A stretch of DNA of 64,000 bases. Source: an uncultured bacterium. Lineage in GTDB: Bacteria > Bacillota_I > Bacilli_A > RFN20 > CAG-826. Both the position numbers and the translations under genes were made by a program. The notes beneath the pieces are model-generated. The model was not told the DNA's origin, did no database searches, and saw only the letters and a list, made by a program, of their open reading frames with translations. The stretch covers positions 226-64,225 of the forward strand of contig CASDRB010000010.1 of the NCBI GenBank assembly GCA_949283025.1, read 5' to 3'. Every line of letters begins with the position of its first letter. Position 1 is the stretch's first letter. This document shows, in pieces, positions 29,884-40,466 of this stretch.

Positions 29884-31059
29884 ATGACTACATACCTTGT
29901 TGGTTATACAATTATAGGACTCATAGTCTTGTTCATTGTATTTTCCATCCTCGTGAAGAAAAAGATCATGTTTGGCAATACGTTAGGTATGCAAAAAATC
30001 TTCGCCCATCCATTATTGCATTATTCGATTCGTCGAATTGGATCGGCTTTGATTTCTTTACTGCTCGCCATAATGGTCACTTTCTTTTTAATTAGAGCGG
30101 CTCAACCAGTTGAGACAACTTGTTTAAATAAATTCGCCGGCCCTCACGTCACGCCAGAATTATTTGAATTGCAATGTAATGCTTGGAAAGAAGAAATGGG
30201 TTTATCTGGCTCCATCTTTGATCAATTAATTCGTTTCTTTTATTCAATCCTTCCATTTCCAAAAACTTTATGTCGCACTGATTTAGATGTTAATTCAATG
30301 CAATTTATCGTCTCTGATTGCCGCGTTTTTATTATTGATTTAGGTAAGGTCAGCGATTATCCTGGTGTCACTAATGGAACATATGTTATTGATTACATGC
30401 TTCCTAGAATGATGACATCATTTAAAATTGGCATCGTTGCTGTTGTTTTACAATTAGCTTTAGGTTATCCATTAGGAGTATTTATGGCTAAGTATAAAGG
30501 CGGAATAGTTGATAAGATTGGTTTGACTTATATCATCTCAATCGATGCTATTCCTGGCGTTGCTTATTACTATATTTGGATGGCTATTTTGTGTGGTGGT
30601 TTAGGTTTGGCCTATACATATTCTAGCGAAGACTTTTCGACAGCATTGCCAGCGATTATTACCATGGTATTTACAGGTATGGCTGGTATAGCGATGTGGG
30701 TTAGACGTTTCATGGTTGATGAATTTACATCAGATTATGTAAAATTTGCCCGCGCTAAAGGATTGAGCGAAAACCGAATCATGTTTACCCACGTTTTAAG
30801 AAACGCTATTGTTCCATTGGTACGTTCTATTCCTTCCGCTGTTATAGGCGCTTTGTTAGGAACTTATTATTTAGAAAATATTTATGGCATTGATGGTATT
30901 GGTCAAGCTTTATTGCAAGCTAACAATTATAAAAATGCCCAGTTGTTGCAATCGGTTGTTATAATATCTGCAATTTTATCAATTATTTCTTTCTTATTGG
31001 GCGATATTGTAACTGCTTTGGTCGATCCACGTGTCAGTTTTTCAAGTGCAGATGATTAA
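29884..31059 (+). CDS. oppB: Oligopeptide ABC transporter permease
   Basis: 6-TM BPD-transporter permease. AAGGAG RBS before the ATG at 29884 (the track ORF starts at the TTG at 29836). Confidence 0.85.
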   Translation: MTTYLVGYTIIGLIVLFIVFSILVKKKIMFGNTLGMQKIFAHPLLHYSIRRIGSALISLLLAIMVTFFLIRAAQPVETTCLNKFAGPHVTPELFELQCNAWKEEMGLSGSIFDQLIRFFYSILPFPKTLCRTDLDVNSMQFIVSDCRVFIIDLGKVSDYPGVTNGTYVIDYMLPRMMTSFKIGIVAVVLQLALGYPLGVFMAKYKGGIVDKIGLTYIISIDAIPGVAYYYIWMAILCGGLGLAYTYSSEDFSTALPAIITMVFTGMAGIAMWVRRFMVDEFTSDYVKFARAKGLSENRIMFTHVLRNAIVPLVRSIPSAVIGALLGTYYLENIYGIDGIGQALLQANNYKNAQLLQSVVIISAILSIISFLLGDIVTALVDPRVSFSSADD

Positions 31060-31070
31060 AGGAGGTACTT

Positions 31071-32141
31071 ATGGCAAAAAAAGATCAAATTAATACAGAT
31101 GACATCTTTAGAATTGTTGATGAAACCGTTCCAGTTGAAGAAACAATTGAAAAAAATGTTAATGATTTATTTACAGTTGTAGGCACTTCTCAAGAAAATG
31201 TCGAACATATTTCTGCTACCCCATATTCTTATTGGCGAATGACTGCAAAAGAATTATTCAAAAAACCTTTTGTTATCATCAGTTTAATTTTATTAGGCAT
31301 CATTATATTTTTTACGATATTTGGACCTCTTATTAAATATTATCCACCTTTAAAAATTGTTGGCGATACTGTTATGACCGGAGATCGATTTGGTGAAGCA
31401 CCATACTATATTGGGCCTAGCGCTGACCATTGGTTTGGGATTTGCGGATCAAACATGGGCGTTTGGTTTCAAGGCGCCGATATGTGGTCTGTGGTATGGC
31501 AAGGTTCAAGGCTATCTTTATTGTTAGGTGTGACTGTGGCTGTCATCAATACAATTTTAGGTATTGTTATTGGTGCTGCTTGGGGTTATTTTAGATGGCT
31601 GGACCCAATCTTAATTGAGTTCCGTAACTTTGTTAATAATATTCCTACTATCTTATTAGATATTCTTTTGATGCAATTACTATCTTCATACATGAAACAA
31701 TATGGTTTCTTAATTATTGTTTTCTTGCTTTGCGCACTTGGTTGGATTGGCTTAGCAGGATTTGTAAGAAATCAAATTATCATCATTCGTAATCGTGAAT
31801 ATAATATTGCCTCACAAACATTAGGATCATCGTCAATGACAATGATTAATCACAACTTATTACCTTATTTAATATCTGTTATTGTTACTGTAGTTTCATC
31901 TGCTATTCCTGCTGCTATATCTAGTGAAGTTGGCCTAGCTTACTTCAATCTTTCCTTCAAAGTAAGTGATGGCGACATTACATTAGGACAAGTTTTGACC
32001 CAAGCAACCAAAGGTATTGCGTGGATGAAGCACCCATATTTATTAATAGGCCCGCTAGTTGTTATGGTGCCTTTAACGGTTTGTTTCTTTTATTTAGGAT
32101 TAGCTATATCTGATGCCACTGATCCTAAAACTCACCGTTAG
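31071..32141 (+). CDS. oppC: Oligopeptide ABC transporter permease
   Basis: OppC/DppC-like permease with the N-terminal extension typical of OppC. AGGAGG RBS. Confidence 0.85.
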   Translation: MAKKDQINTDDIFRIVDETVPVEETIEKNVNDLFTVVGTSQENVEHISATPYSYWRMTAKELFKKPFVIISLILLGIIIFFTIFGPLIKYYPPLKIVGDTVMTGDRFGEAPYYIGPSADHWFGICGSNMGVWFQGADMWSVVWQGSRLSLLLGVTVAVINTILGIVIGAAWGYFRWLDPILIEFRNFVNNIPTILLDILLMQLLSSYMKQYGFLIIVFLLCALGWIGLAGFVRNQIIIIRNREYNIASQTLGSSSMTMINHNLLPYLISVIVTVVSSAIPAAISSEVGLAYFNLSFKVSDGDITLGQVLTQATKGIAWMKHPYLLIGPLVVMVPLTVCFFYLGLAISDATDPKTHR

Positions 32142-32156
32142 GAAAGGAGGGCAATT

Positions 32157-33503
32157 ATGGCAAAAGAAAAAGTGTTATCTGTGTCTGATTTGTCCTTAGG
32201 ATTTATTACTAGAGGGCATAAATCTCATGTTTTAAGAGATATCTTTTTGGATATTTTTGAAGGAGAAACATTGGCTATCGTTGGTGAATCTGGTTCTGGT
32301 AAGTCGGTTTTGACAAAAACTTTTACCGGGATGTTAGATGCTAACGGGTTTATTTCCAGTGGCTCAATCATTTTTGAAGGCCAAGATTTAGTTCAAATCA
32401 AAGATAATAAATCTTGGTTAAAAATCAGGGGTCGTAAAATCGCGACTATTTTCCAAGACCCGATGACTTCTTTAAATCCATTATTTTCAATTGGCTATCA
32501 AATTAGCGAGGTTTTGAAATTGCATTCTAAACCTTCTAAAGAAGAGATGAAAGAATGGAAAACCAAACACCGTGCTGACCGTTTGGTTGAGCAAGACAAA
32601 ATTAAAGCCATGTCAGCAGATGAAAAAGAAGATTATTTAGCAAGCAAAAAAGCTAAAAGAAAAGAAATTTATGATCGCATTTATAATGATATGATTTCAT
32701 CTCATGAGGGAAAATTATCATATTATGATAAATTAATGTACAAATATGAAGCGCTTAAAGAAACAAATTATGTCATTTCTAATAAGCCACATGGCATGTC
32801 ATCTAGAGAAGCCAAAAAAGAGACGATTAAACTTTTAAAGAAAGTTCAAATTCCTAATGCCGAAAAACGTTATCATGATTATCCTTTCCAATATTCAGGC
32901 GGAATGAGACAAAGAGTCGTTATCGCAATTGCTTTGGCCTGTAGACCTAAAATTTTGATTTGTGACGAACCAACAACTGCATTAGATGTCACCGTTCAAG
33001 CACAAATTTTGCATCTAATTAAAGAATTGCAACATGAATATAAATGGACCACTATTTTTATTACTCATGACTTAGGTGTTGTTGCTAATATCGCGGATCG
33101 TATCGCTGTTATGTATGGTGGAGAAATTGTTGAATGGGGAACAGCTGAAGACATATTCTATCGTCCAGCGCATCCATACACTTGGGCACTTCTTTCTTCC
33201 TTACCACAATTAGGAAGCAAAGATGAACCACTTTCATTTATTCCAGGAAACCCACCTTCATTTGCAAAAGATATTATCGGTGATGCGTTTGCTGATCGTA
33301 ATGTTTACGCAATGAATATTGATTTTTTAGCTAACCCTCCCCGTTTTCAAATTAGTGAAACTCACATGGCTAAAACTTGGCTCTTAGATCCTCGAGCCCC
33401 AAAAGTTAAAAAACCAAAAGTTATTCAAGAATTAAGACAACGTATGGCTCGCGCTTCTGAAGAATTATTAAGACAAGAAGGAGAATTAGCAAATGAAAAA
33501 TAA
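32157..33503 (+). CDS. oppD: Oligopeptide ABC transporter ATP-binding protein with about 100-aa charged insertion
   Basis: Walker A GESGSGKS, signature YSGGMRQR, Walker B ILICDEPTTALD. A long K/E-rich insert lies between the Q-loop and the signature motif. C-terminal oligopeptide/dipeptide transporter domain. Confidence 0.85.
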   Translation: MAKEKVLSVSDLSLGFITRGHKSHVLRDIFLDIFEGETLAIVGESGSGKSVLTKTFTGMLDANGFISSGSIIFEGQDLVQIKDNKSWLKIRGRKIATIFQDPMTSLNPLFSIGYQISEVLKLHSKPSKEEMKEWKTKHRADRLVEQDKIKAMSADEKEDYLASKKAKRKEIYDRIYNDMISSHEGKLSYYDKLMYKYEALKETNYVISNKPHGMSSREAKKETIKLLKKVQIPNAEKRYHDYPFQYSGGMRQRVVIAIALACRPKILICDEPTTALDVTVQAQILHLIKELQHEYKWTTIFITHDLGVVANIADRIAVMYGGEIVEWGTAEDIFYRPAHPYTWALLSSLPQLGSKDEPLSFIPGNPPSFAKDIIGDAFADRNVYAMNIDFLANPPRFQISETHMAKTWLLDPRAPKVKKPKVIQELRQRMARASEELLRQEGELANEK

Positions 33504-34497
33504 AAAACATGACACTTTTGTTGATGAATTTGCCATTTCTCAACAACAAAATCCAGATGACGTCATCGTCAAAATGCGCGATGTTAAAATTTCATTTAAA
33601 TTGGGTTCTGTAGAAAGAACGATTATCAATCATTTAAATTTGGACATTCGTCGCGGAGAAATTCTTGGCTTAGTTGGTGAATCTGGTTCTGGTAAAACTA
33701 CATTAGGAAGAGCCATAATTCGCATCAACCCTGTTAGAAGCGGAGAAATTACTTATAACAACATAAAAATATCTGGTAAGATACCTGCTAAACGTGAACG
33801 CTTGTTGAAAACCAAAATTCAAATGATTTTCCAAGACCCATCGGCTTCATTAAATGAACGAGCTAACATAGATTATATCGTTTCTGAGGGTCTGCGAGCA
33901 TTTCATATGTATGAAAACGAAGCAGATCGTCTTTCCAAAGTAGAATCTATCATGAAACAAGTGGGTTTAAGACCAGAATATTTGTCTAGATATCCTCATG
34001 AATTCAGCGGTGGTCAACGTCAAAGAATCGGAATTGCGCGATGCATGGTTATGAATCCAGAGTTTGTCATTGCCGATGAACCAATTTCGGCTTTGGACAT
34101 GTCCATTCGCGCTCAAGTTTTAAATTTAATTAAAGAGTTTAAACAACAAAATAACTTGACGGTTTTATTTATTGCTCACGATTTATCAATCGTCAAATAT
34201 ATTTCTGATCGAATCGCTGTTATTTATGCTGGTAAATTGGTGGAATTGGCGCCTGCTGAAAGATTATTTTCACATCCATTGCACCCATATACTAAATCTT
34301 TATTATCAGCTGTTCCTATCCCTGATCCTCAAATAGAGAAAAAGAAAAAAATCATCATTTATGATCCGATGATGCATCATTATACCGAAGATGATGTTCC
34401 TGATTTTTATGAAATTGAACCAGGACATTTCGTTCGTGCTAATCATGCAGAGTTAGAACAATATAAAAATGAATTAAAAAGATTAGGAGGTGAATAG
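33493..34497 (+). CDS. oppF: Oligopeptide ABC transporter ATP-binding protein
   Basis: Walker [10 protein letters not shown], signature FSGGQRQR, Walker [13 protein letters not shown]. Confidence 0.85.
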   Translation: MKNKKHDTFVDEFAISQQQNPDDVIVKMRDVKISFKLGSVERTIINHLNLDIRRGEILGLVGESGSGKTTLGRAIIRINPVRSGEITYNNIKISGKIPAKRERLLKTKIQMIFQDPSASLNERANIDYIVSEGLRAFHMYENEADRLSKVESIMKQVGLRPEYLSRYPHEFSGGQRQRIGIARCMVMNPEFVIADEPISALDMSIRAQVLNLIKEFKQQNNLTVLFIAHDLSIVKYISDRIAVIYAGKLVELAPAERLFSHPLHPYTKSLLSAVPIPDPQIEKKKKIIIYDPMMHHYTEDDVPDFYEIEPGHFVRANHAELEQYKNELKRLGGE

Positions 34498-34499
34498 CG

Positions 34500-36692
34500 A
34501 TGGCAGAAATTGATAAATTTGAAATGATGGAAGTTTTAACCAAAAAGCAAGAAGAAGAACGACAAAGAAAAGCTAAAGCTAAAAAAAGAAATTATATTGT
34601 CGGTTTTTCTATTACTGCCGCTTTATTAGTTTGCCTTGCTGTCATTTACACATTATCTGCTACTATTTGGTTAGTTGATGTCGCCAGTTTGCCTTATGTC
34701 ACATATTCATATTCAGCTGATAATAATGGCGAAAAAACTGCCACTATCACAAAATTTAATCCTGAAGTTATTGAAAAAGATGGTGTATCTGTGCAAGTTT
34801 ATCCCCATAAATTTGTAATTCCAAAAACTGTCAATGGATTAAAAGTAACCGGCATTGCAAATTCTGCTTTTGCTAATTTTACTGAATTAGAAACAATTAT
34901 TATGCCTGATACGATTGAATATATCGGCGATTATGCTTTTTATGGTTGTACTAATTTAAAAAATATCACTTTTTCAAAAAATATTTCACATTTGGGAGAA
35001 GGTGCTTTTGATGCTACCGCATACTGGAACAATTTAAGTGAAAGTGAAGTCCATGTTATCGCTGACATATTATATAAAGTTGGAAGCGATGTCATTGAGC
35101 CGAATACGGTTTTACTTTATAATGAAGATTCTTATATTCCTGATGTTTTTAACAGTGGCTCATATAAATATATTTATATGGAAGATTGGGGAGACGAAAT
35201 CAACCAATGGTCAAATGCTTTATTTGCAGACAATGACAATGTTGTTTATGTGGAAATCCCTTCATTTATTAATGAAATTCCAGAAAATAGTTTTAAAAAT
35301 TGTAAAAATTTAATGGGAGTTGGATTAACTGATTCTACTACCCGTATCGGTGATGGCGCTTTTTCAAATTGCACAAGCTTAATTCATGTTGAAATCAATG
35401 AATCTGTTATTTCTATTGGCTCTGAAGCATTTTTAAATACAGGCATATCCGACATTACATTGCCTTCTACTATGGAAAATATTGGTAGTGGTGCATTTAA
35501 AAACTGTCTAAATATTGTTAATTTTACGTGGCCGAGCAATTTAAACATTCCTGTTTCAGCTTTTGAAGGGTGCACAAATTTGACAAGTTTTAGTTTTGAT
35601 GAAAGCGGTTATGAACAAATCAGCGCAATTGGCTCTAAAGCGTTTAAAGATACATCTTTAAGCGAATTTACTTTTCCTAAAAATGTACAAGTTATTGCTG
35701 AAAGCGTTTTAGAAAATGTCGATGAGTTAGAAACTGTTTATTTATATCAAGGTAAATTGACTTATGATCATTATGATAATGAGGTCTTGTTAGGAGTAAC
35801 CCGTATTGAACCAAATGCATTTAAAGGTTCAACTGGTCAAAACTCCAAATTATCATCAATTATTTTGTTGGATGATAATAAAAATAAAGTCACTCCTGCT
35901 GGAGAGTTAAATTTCCCAATTTCCTTGCAAAACACGGCTACTTCTTCTAGTTCTGGCTCGATTTTTGCCAACACTAGTGTCTCTAAAGTTACTTTCCCTG
36001 CTAATGTGAGTAAAACTGCTCCTGATATGTTTGCAAATGATTTAAATTTAAAAGAAGTTAATTTTGAATTAAAACATGTTGGCACACAATATGTTGGCAT
36101 GAAATATATTGGCTTTAGATCTTTTTATAATACTGGTTTAGAAAACATTGTTATTCCTAACACTGTCGAAACAATTGAATCAAATGCTTTTGAAAATTCA
36201 GCAATGTTAAAAAATGTTACTTTGCCAGATGAAACTTCTAAATTTACCACTATTTCAAGTTCTTTATTTGCCGGATGTGTTTCATTAGAGTCAGTTAATA
36301 TTAATTCAAATATTTACACAATTAAACAACAAGCCTTTGTGAAAAATTATAGTTTAAATTATGTATATATTCCTTTTAATGATTTAAGTGAAACAGCTTC
36401 AGATGATGCGAAAAGTAAATTGACGATTGAACCTGGCACTTTCGCTCAAGCAAGAGAAGAAGGAAGCGACACCAAATTAGCAATTTTCTTAAATATTAAA
36501 GAAAGCAACGCTGATAACAATCGTATGCCAAGTCCGATTTTTGAAGTTGATAATGAAGGCAATTATGTTTTAGATGAACATGGTGAAAGAATTATGAAAT
36601 CAGCTGGATGGTACGACGATACTTGTAAAGTATATTGGAAAGGGATGTGGGAATTTAATGATCAAGGAGTCCCAACACCTATTGTTGGTTAG
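34500..36692 (+). CDS. Membrane-anchored BspA-type leucine-rich-repeat (LRR_5) surface protein
   Basis: N-terminal K-rich cytoplasmic segment + one TM. Then many approximately 22-aa repeats of the form ...IP.SV..IG..AF..C.NL..I... characteristic of BspA-like LRR proteins. Starts 3 nt after the oppF stop. Confidence 0.7.
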   Translation: MAEIDKFEMMEVLTKKQEEERQRKAKAKKRNYIVGFSITAALLVCLAVIYTLSATIWLVDVASLPYVTYSYSADNNGEKTATITKFNPEVIEKDGVSVQVYPHKFVIPKTVNGLKVTGIANSAFANFTELETIIMPDTIEYIGDYAFYGCTNLKNITFSKNISHLGEGAFDATAYWNNLSESEVHVIADILYKVGSDVIEPNTVLLYNEDSYIPDVFNSGSYKYIYMEDWGDEINQWSNALFADNDNVVYVEIPSFINEIPENSFKNCKNLMGVGLTDSTTRIGDGAFSNCTSLIHVEINESVISIGSEAFLNTGISDITLPSTMENIGSGAFKNCLNIVNFTWPSNLNIPVSAFEGCTNLTSFSFDESGYEQISAIGSKAFKDTSLSEFTFPKNVQVIAESVLENVDELETVYLYQGKLTYDHYDNEVLLGVTRIEPNAFKGSTGQNSKLSSIILLDDNKNKVTPAGELNFPISLQNTATSSSSGSIFANTSVSKVTFPANVSKTAPDMFANDLNLKEVNFELKHVGTQYVGMKYIGFRSFYNTGLENIVIPNTVETIESNAFENSAMLKNVTLPDETSKFTTISSSLFAGCVSLESVNINSNIYTIKQQAFVKNYSLNYVYIPFNDLSETASDDAKSKLTIEPGTFAQAREEGSDTKLAIFLNIKESNADNNRMPSPIFEVDNEGNYVLDEHGERIMKSAGWYDDTCKVYWKGMWEFNDQGVPTPIVG

Positions 36693-36703
36693 GAGGTAAT
36701 ATT

Positions 36704-37624
36704 ATGAAAAAAAGTATTTCTTTATTTTGTTTAGCTTTGCTTCCTTTATCTTTGGTTGCGTGTAATCCCAACAATAATTCATCTACCTCTCAAGAACTTA
36801 ATTATATCGTCATCGATAATTGGTTAGACGCTGATTTAGAAACGATGAGTAAAATTCATCCTGATGTTACCATTCCTTTTTATAAAGGGGCTTTTGAAAC
36901 TATCGGAACCGAAGTTGTATCTTCAAATACATCGACTGAAGAAGTCGTCACATCGGAGTATGTCCCTATTTATACATATGAATCTAATTACGCTATTAGT
37001 TATATTTCTTATCTAAATAAAGTGGTACTTACTTATACAACTTCTGATGTAAAAGTAGTTGACGGATACATTGATTTAATCACTAGCGATAGTTATAAAT
37101 ATACTTTAGATGAATCTTTAACTAATGAAAGCAACCATGATTATTATGCTTATTTAACCTTGCAAGAAAATTCTTCTATGCAGCAAAGATATTATTTAAA
37201 TGTATATTTTGAAAATGATTCATTGATGTATATCTTCGCCTATTTAAAAACAACTTATTTCAGTGCTACATGGCCACAAGAAGCAATCGATTCTTACATG
37301 CTTTCATCTTTGACAACTGAAGAAGATTTAACAACTATTTTTCCTAAACCTTCAAATTCGGTTTATGAAGTAAGTTATGTTTTAGGTTTAATGCTTGGAA
37401 ATTCTACGATTGAATTAAAAGTCAGTTCTCACGATGATCAAGAATTAGCTCAATATAAACAAGCGTTAATCGATCGAGGATATAGCGTTGACCCATATTA
37501 TGAAACTGATGCACAAGTTAATTATTATTTAATTGCTAGCGATAAGAGTTGCTGCTTTGAAGTTAATATTGATAAAGTTGCATCTAATAATACATTTGCG
37601 ATGCGTTTAATGATTACTTATTAA
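36704..37624 (+). CDS. Lipoprotein, function unknown
   Basis: Signal peptide + lipobox LSLVAC. GGAGG RBS. Last gene of the opp-LRR transcription unit. Confidence 0.6.
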   Translation: MKKSISLFCLALLPLSLVACNPNNNSSTSQELNYIVIDNWLDADLETMSKIHPDVTIPFYKGAFETIGTEVVSSNTSTEEVVTSEYVPIYTYESNYAISYISYLNKVVLTYTTSDVKVVDGYIDLITSDSYKYTLDESLTNESNHDYYAYLTLQENSSMQQRYYLNVYFENDSLMYIFAYLKTTYFSATWPQEAIDSYMLSSLTTEEDLTTIFPKPSNSVYEVSYVLGLMLGNSTIELKVSSHDDQELAQYKQALIDRGYSVDPYYETDAQVNYYLIASDKSCCFEVNIDKVASNNTFAMRLMITY

Positions 37625-37648
37625 AAAGTTTCTCACCATCATAAAATG

Positions 37649-37675
37649 AACCTATGCATAGCATAGGTTTTTTAA
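37649..37675. terminator. Bidirectional terminator between lipoprotein gene (+) and wzx (-)
   Basis: AACCTATGC-ATA-GCATAGGTT 9-bp stem flanked by A/T runs on both sides. Confidence 0.65.
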
Positions 37676-37683
37676 ATTATATT

Positions 37684-39186
37684 TTAATTATCATTTTTTC
37701 TTTTTATAAAAGAATATACTAAATCTTCTTTTAAAATCGCTAATACAATAACATATATAATCGCATCAATTAAAACTACAATTAGCAATTCTAAAATATA
37801 AGATGTATAGATGTTAGTCACATTATTTGCCCATATGTTTTTAATAGGCAAGACAAACACTAATATAATTGATAAAATTGCCACGCATGAATTAGCGATA
37901 ATTAACTTGAGTGTATTTTTGTTAAAAATAGCAGCTTTGACCCATTTCCAGGTCAACCCTACTAATATTATCAAAACGATTAAATCGACAATCATTGTCG
38001 CTAAAGCAACACCTAACGCTGGACGATCTTTAAATAAAACCAAACCAAATAATAGCGATAAGGCAATATTGCTAATTACACCAAATAAAATTGATAAAAG
38101 ATAATATTTTTCTTTTTTCATCGGTAATAATATTTGCCCATAAATGATATCGGCCAATGAATAAGTTAACATCATGCACGATAAAGAAATTAAAACCCAA
38201 GAAGCGTCATTATATCCATTGACACCGGCTATTAAAGTGCAAATTTGATTGGACATAATTGACATTGTAATAATTGCGGGCATAACAATAAATAAACAAA
38301 TATTAATTGAGTACTTTGTTAAATTTAAAAAGAATCGCTTATCTTCTTTTTGGAAATAATATGCAGATCTTGGAATAAAAACAGTAGAAAGTCCAGCGAT
38401 GATACCAATTATAATATCTATTCCTTTGATGCCGACAGAATAGCTACCGACTTGCTGCTTGTTAGAATTAATAAATCCTAAAATCAAAGTATCTGTTTGA
38501 TTATAAAAAGCCAATAACATACTTAAAGAAAATAAAATTAACAGAGGTTTTGCGTATATTTTTAAATTATATGGCATAGTTTTTTTAAAAGATATAAAAT
38601 CGCTGACATATATCATATTAACGATAGAAGTTATTAAAGTGACACTAGCTGTCAACAAAGAATATATATAAATATCCTCAGGGTGTTTAACTAAAACGAT
38701 GATCAAAATAGCGGTAATAGCTAAGATAATAATTGAGCGAATTGACATATAAAATTGTTTTTCTAAAGCGATGAATATCCATTCAAAAGAAAATGCGCCC
38801 GAAATAAAATTTATAGAAAGTAAAAATATAATGGCACGCGCATCAAAAAATTGCTTTACAGAGTAAATCAAAATGCACATGCACATAAATGAAATAACTG
38901 TTGTTGTTAATTGAAGCAAGAAGAAACCCTGCGCTTTATTTGATAGTTTTTCTTTATCATCTCTTACTTTAACACATTCGCGAATAGCTAAATTAGGAAG
39001 GCCAATTTTGGCTAAAATTAAAAAATAATATACAAATGTATTGCACCAAGTATATAAACCTAATTGCGCATCTCCTAAAACTCGGCATACATAAGGAAAT
39101 GTTAAAAATGATAAAATAGTTAACGCCAATGTCCGAATTAAATTAACAATAACGTTAGTTCTAATGTTATCTTTCATATCGTTCAT
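37684..39186 (-). CDS. wzx: Polysaccharide/oligosaccharide flippase (Wzx, MOP superfamily)
   Basis: 500 aa, about 14 TM helices, typical Wzx/PST-family N-terminus. Confidence 0.7.
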   Translation of the reverse strand: MNDMKDNIRTNVIVNLIRTLALTILSFLTFPYVCRVLGDAQLGLYTWCNTFVYYFLILAKIGLPNLAIRECVKVRDDKEKLSNKAQGFFLLQLTTTVISFMCMCILIYSVKQFFDARAIIFLLSINFISGAFSFEWIFIALEKQFYMSIRSIIILAITAILIIVLVKHPEDIYIYSLLTASVTLITSIVNMIYVSDFISFKKTMPYNLKIYAKPLLILFSLSMLLAFYNQTDTLILGFINSNKQQVGSYSVGIKGIDIIIGIIAGLSTVFIPRSAYYFQKEDKRFFLNLTKYSINICLFIVMPAIITMSIMSNQICTLIAGVNGYNDASWVLISLSCMMLTYSLADIIYGQILLPMKKEKYYLLSILFGVISNIALSLLFGLVLFKDRPALGVALATMIVDLIVLIILVGLTWKWVKAAIFNKNTLKLIIANSCVAILSIILVFVLPIKNIWANNVTNIYTSYILELLIVVLIDAIIYVIVLAILKEDLVYSFIKRKNDN

Positions 39187-39275
39187 TTTAGTGTATTTTG
39201 CTTAAAAAATATATAGCATAAATAAAAACTTGAACTTAATTTATTTTTGATATCTATTTTGATATAATTTTAAAG

Positions 39276-40466
39276 ATGAAAATTTTAGTTGTTTGCCAGT
39301 ATTATTATCCAGAAAATTTTGTTATTACGAATATATGTGAAGAATTAGTTAAGCGCGGGCATGATGTCAGTGTTTTAACTGGGCTTCCTAATTATGGATA
39401 CGACCATATATTGCCAGAATATGAAAACATTAAATATCAGGAGATTAACGGCGTTAAGATTCATCGCGTTAAATTAATTGCTAAAGGCCATAATAAATTT
39501 AAAATTATATTAAATTATTTGTCGTATTGGCATAATGCTAGACGTTGGATAAAAAGATGCAAAATTAAATATGATGTAGTTTTCTCCATGTCTTTATCTC
39601 CAGTTACTATTTTATCTCCCGCTAATTTATATAAAAAAATTTTTAATGTCAAGCACGTTTGTTATTGCGTTGATTTGTGGCCGGAATCTGTTTTGGTGAC
39701 AAAGGCTGTTAAACAAAATTCTTTAATGTATAAAATTTTGTATTTTTGGTCAAAAAAATTATATTCAAAAGTCGACTCTTTAATAATTGGTTCACCCTCA
39801 TTTATCGATTATTTTAATGATGTATTAAAAATAAAATATGAAAGTTACCATTGTGTTGTTCAGCCGCCATTATTAGAAAATATTGATTCGATAATTCCAT
39901 ATTCTTTTGATAGCAAATTTCATATCTTGTATTGTGGCAATATAGGTCGAATTCAAATGGTGGAGAACATACCCCTAGCAATGGCCAAAATCAAAAATGA
40001 AAATGTTGTTTTTGACATCATCGGCATGGGCCCTAATGTCGAAAAATTAAAAGAGAATATTAAATTATATAAAGTGGAAAACAAAATAATTTATCACGGA
40101 CCAATTCCGGCTAAAAAAGCAGCATCGTATTTTAAAAGTGCTGACGCGTTATATGTATCATTAAAGGGAGATGGCTACGTTGGAAAAACTATACCCAATA
40201 AATTGGTTATGTCTTTAGCATATAAAAAGCCAATTCTTGCTTGTTTAAAAGGTGATGGTAGGTCAATTTTAAACCAATCTGGCGGAGGGGTTTTAGTCGA
40301 TGAAAACATTAATGATTTGGCTAATAAAATTGACTATATATCCAGTTTGTGTGAATTAAAAAAAGCCGAGATGGGATCGGCTAATAGGTTATATTTTGAG
40401 CAAAATCTATCTATAGAAAAAACGATAGTTAAAATTGAAACTATTTTATCAAATAACATCGAATAA
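39276..40466 (+). CDS. Glycosyltransferase family 4 (WcaI-like)
   Basis: GT-B fold. N-terminus MKILVVCQYYYPE...GHDV typical of GT4. No SD. An extended -10 TGATATAAT ends 8 nt upstream of the ATG, so the transcript may be leaderless. Confidence 0.7.
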   Translation: MKILVVCQYYYPENFVITNICEELVKRGHDVSVLTGLPNYGYDHILPEYENIKYQEINGVKIHRVKLIAKGHNKFKIILNYLSYWHNARRWIKRCKIKYDVVFSMSLSPVTILSPANLYKKIFNVKHVCYCVDLWPESVLVTKAVKQNSLMYKILYFWSKKLYSKVDSLIIGSPSFIDYFNDVLKIKYESYHCVVQPPLLENIDSIIPYSFDSKFHILYCGNIGRIQMVENIPLAMAKIKNENVVFDIIGMGPNVEKLKENIKLYKVENKIIYHGPIPAKKAASYFKSADALYVSLKGDGYVGKTIPNKLVMSLAYKKPILACLKGDGRSILNQSGGGVLVDENINDLANKIDYISSLCELKKAEMGSANRLYFEQNLSIEKTIVKIETILSNNIE

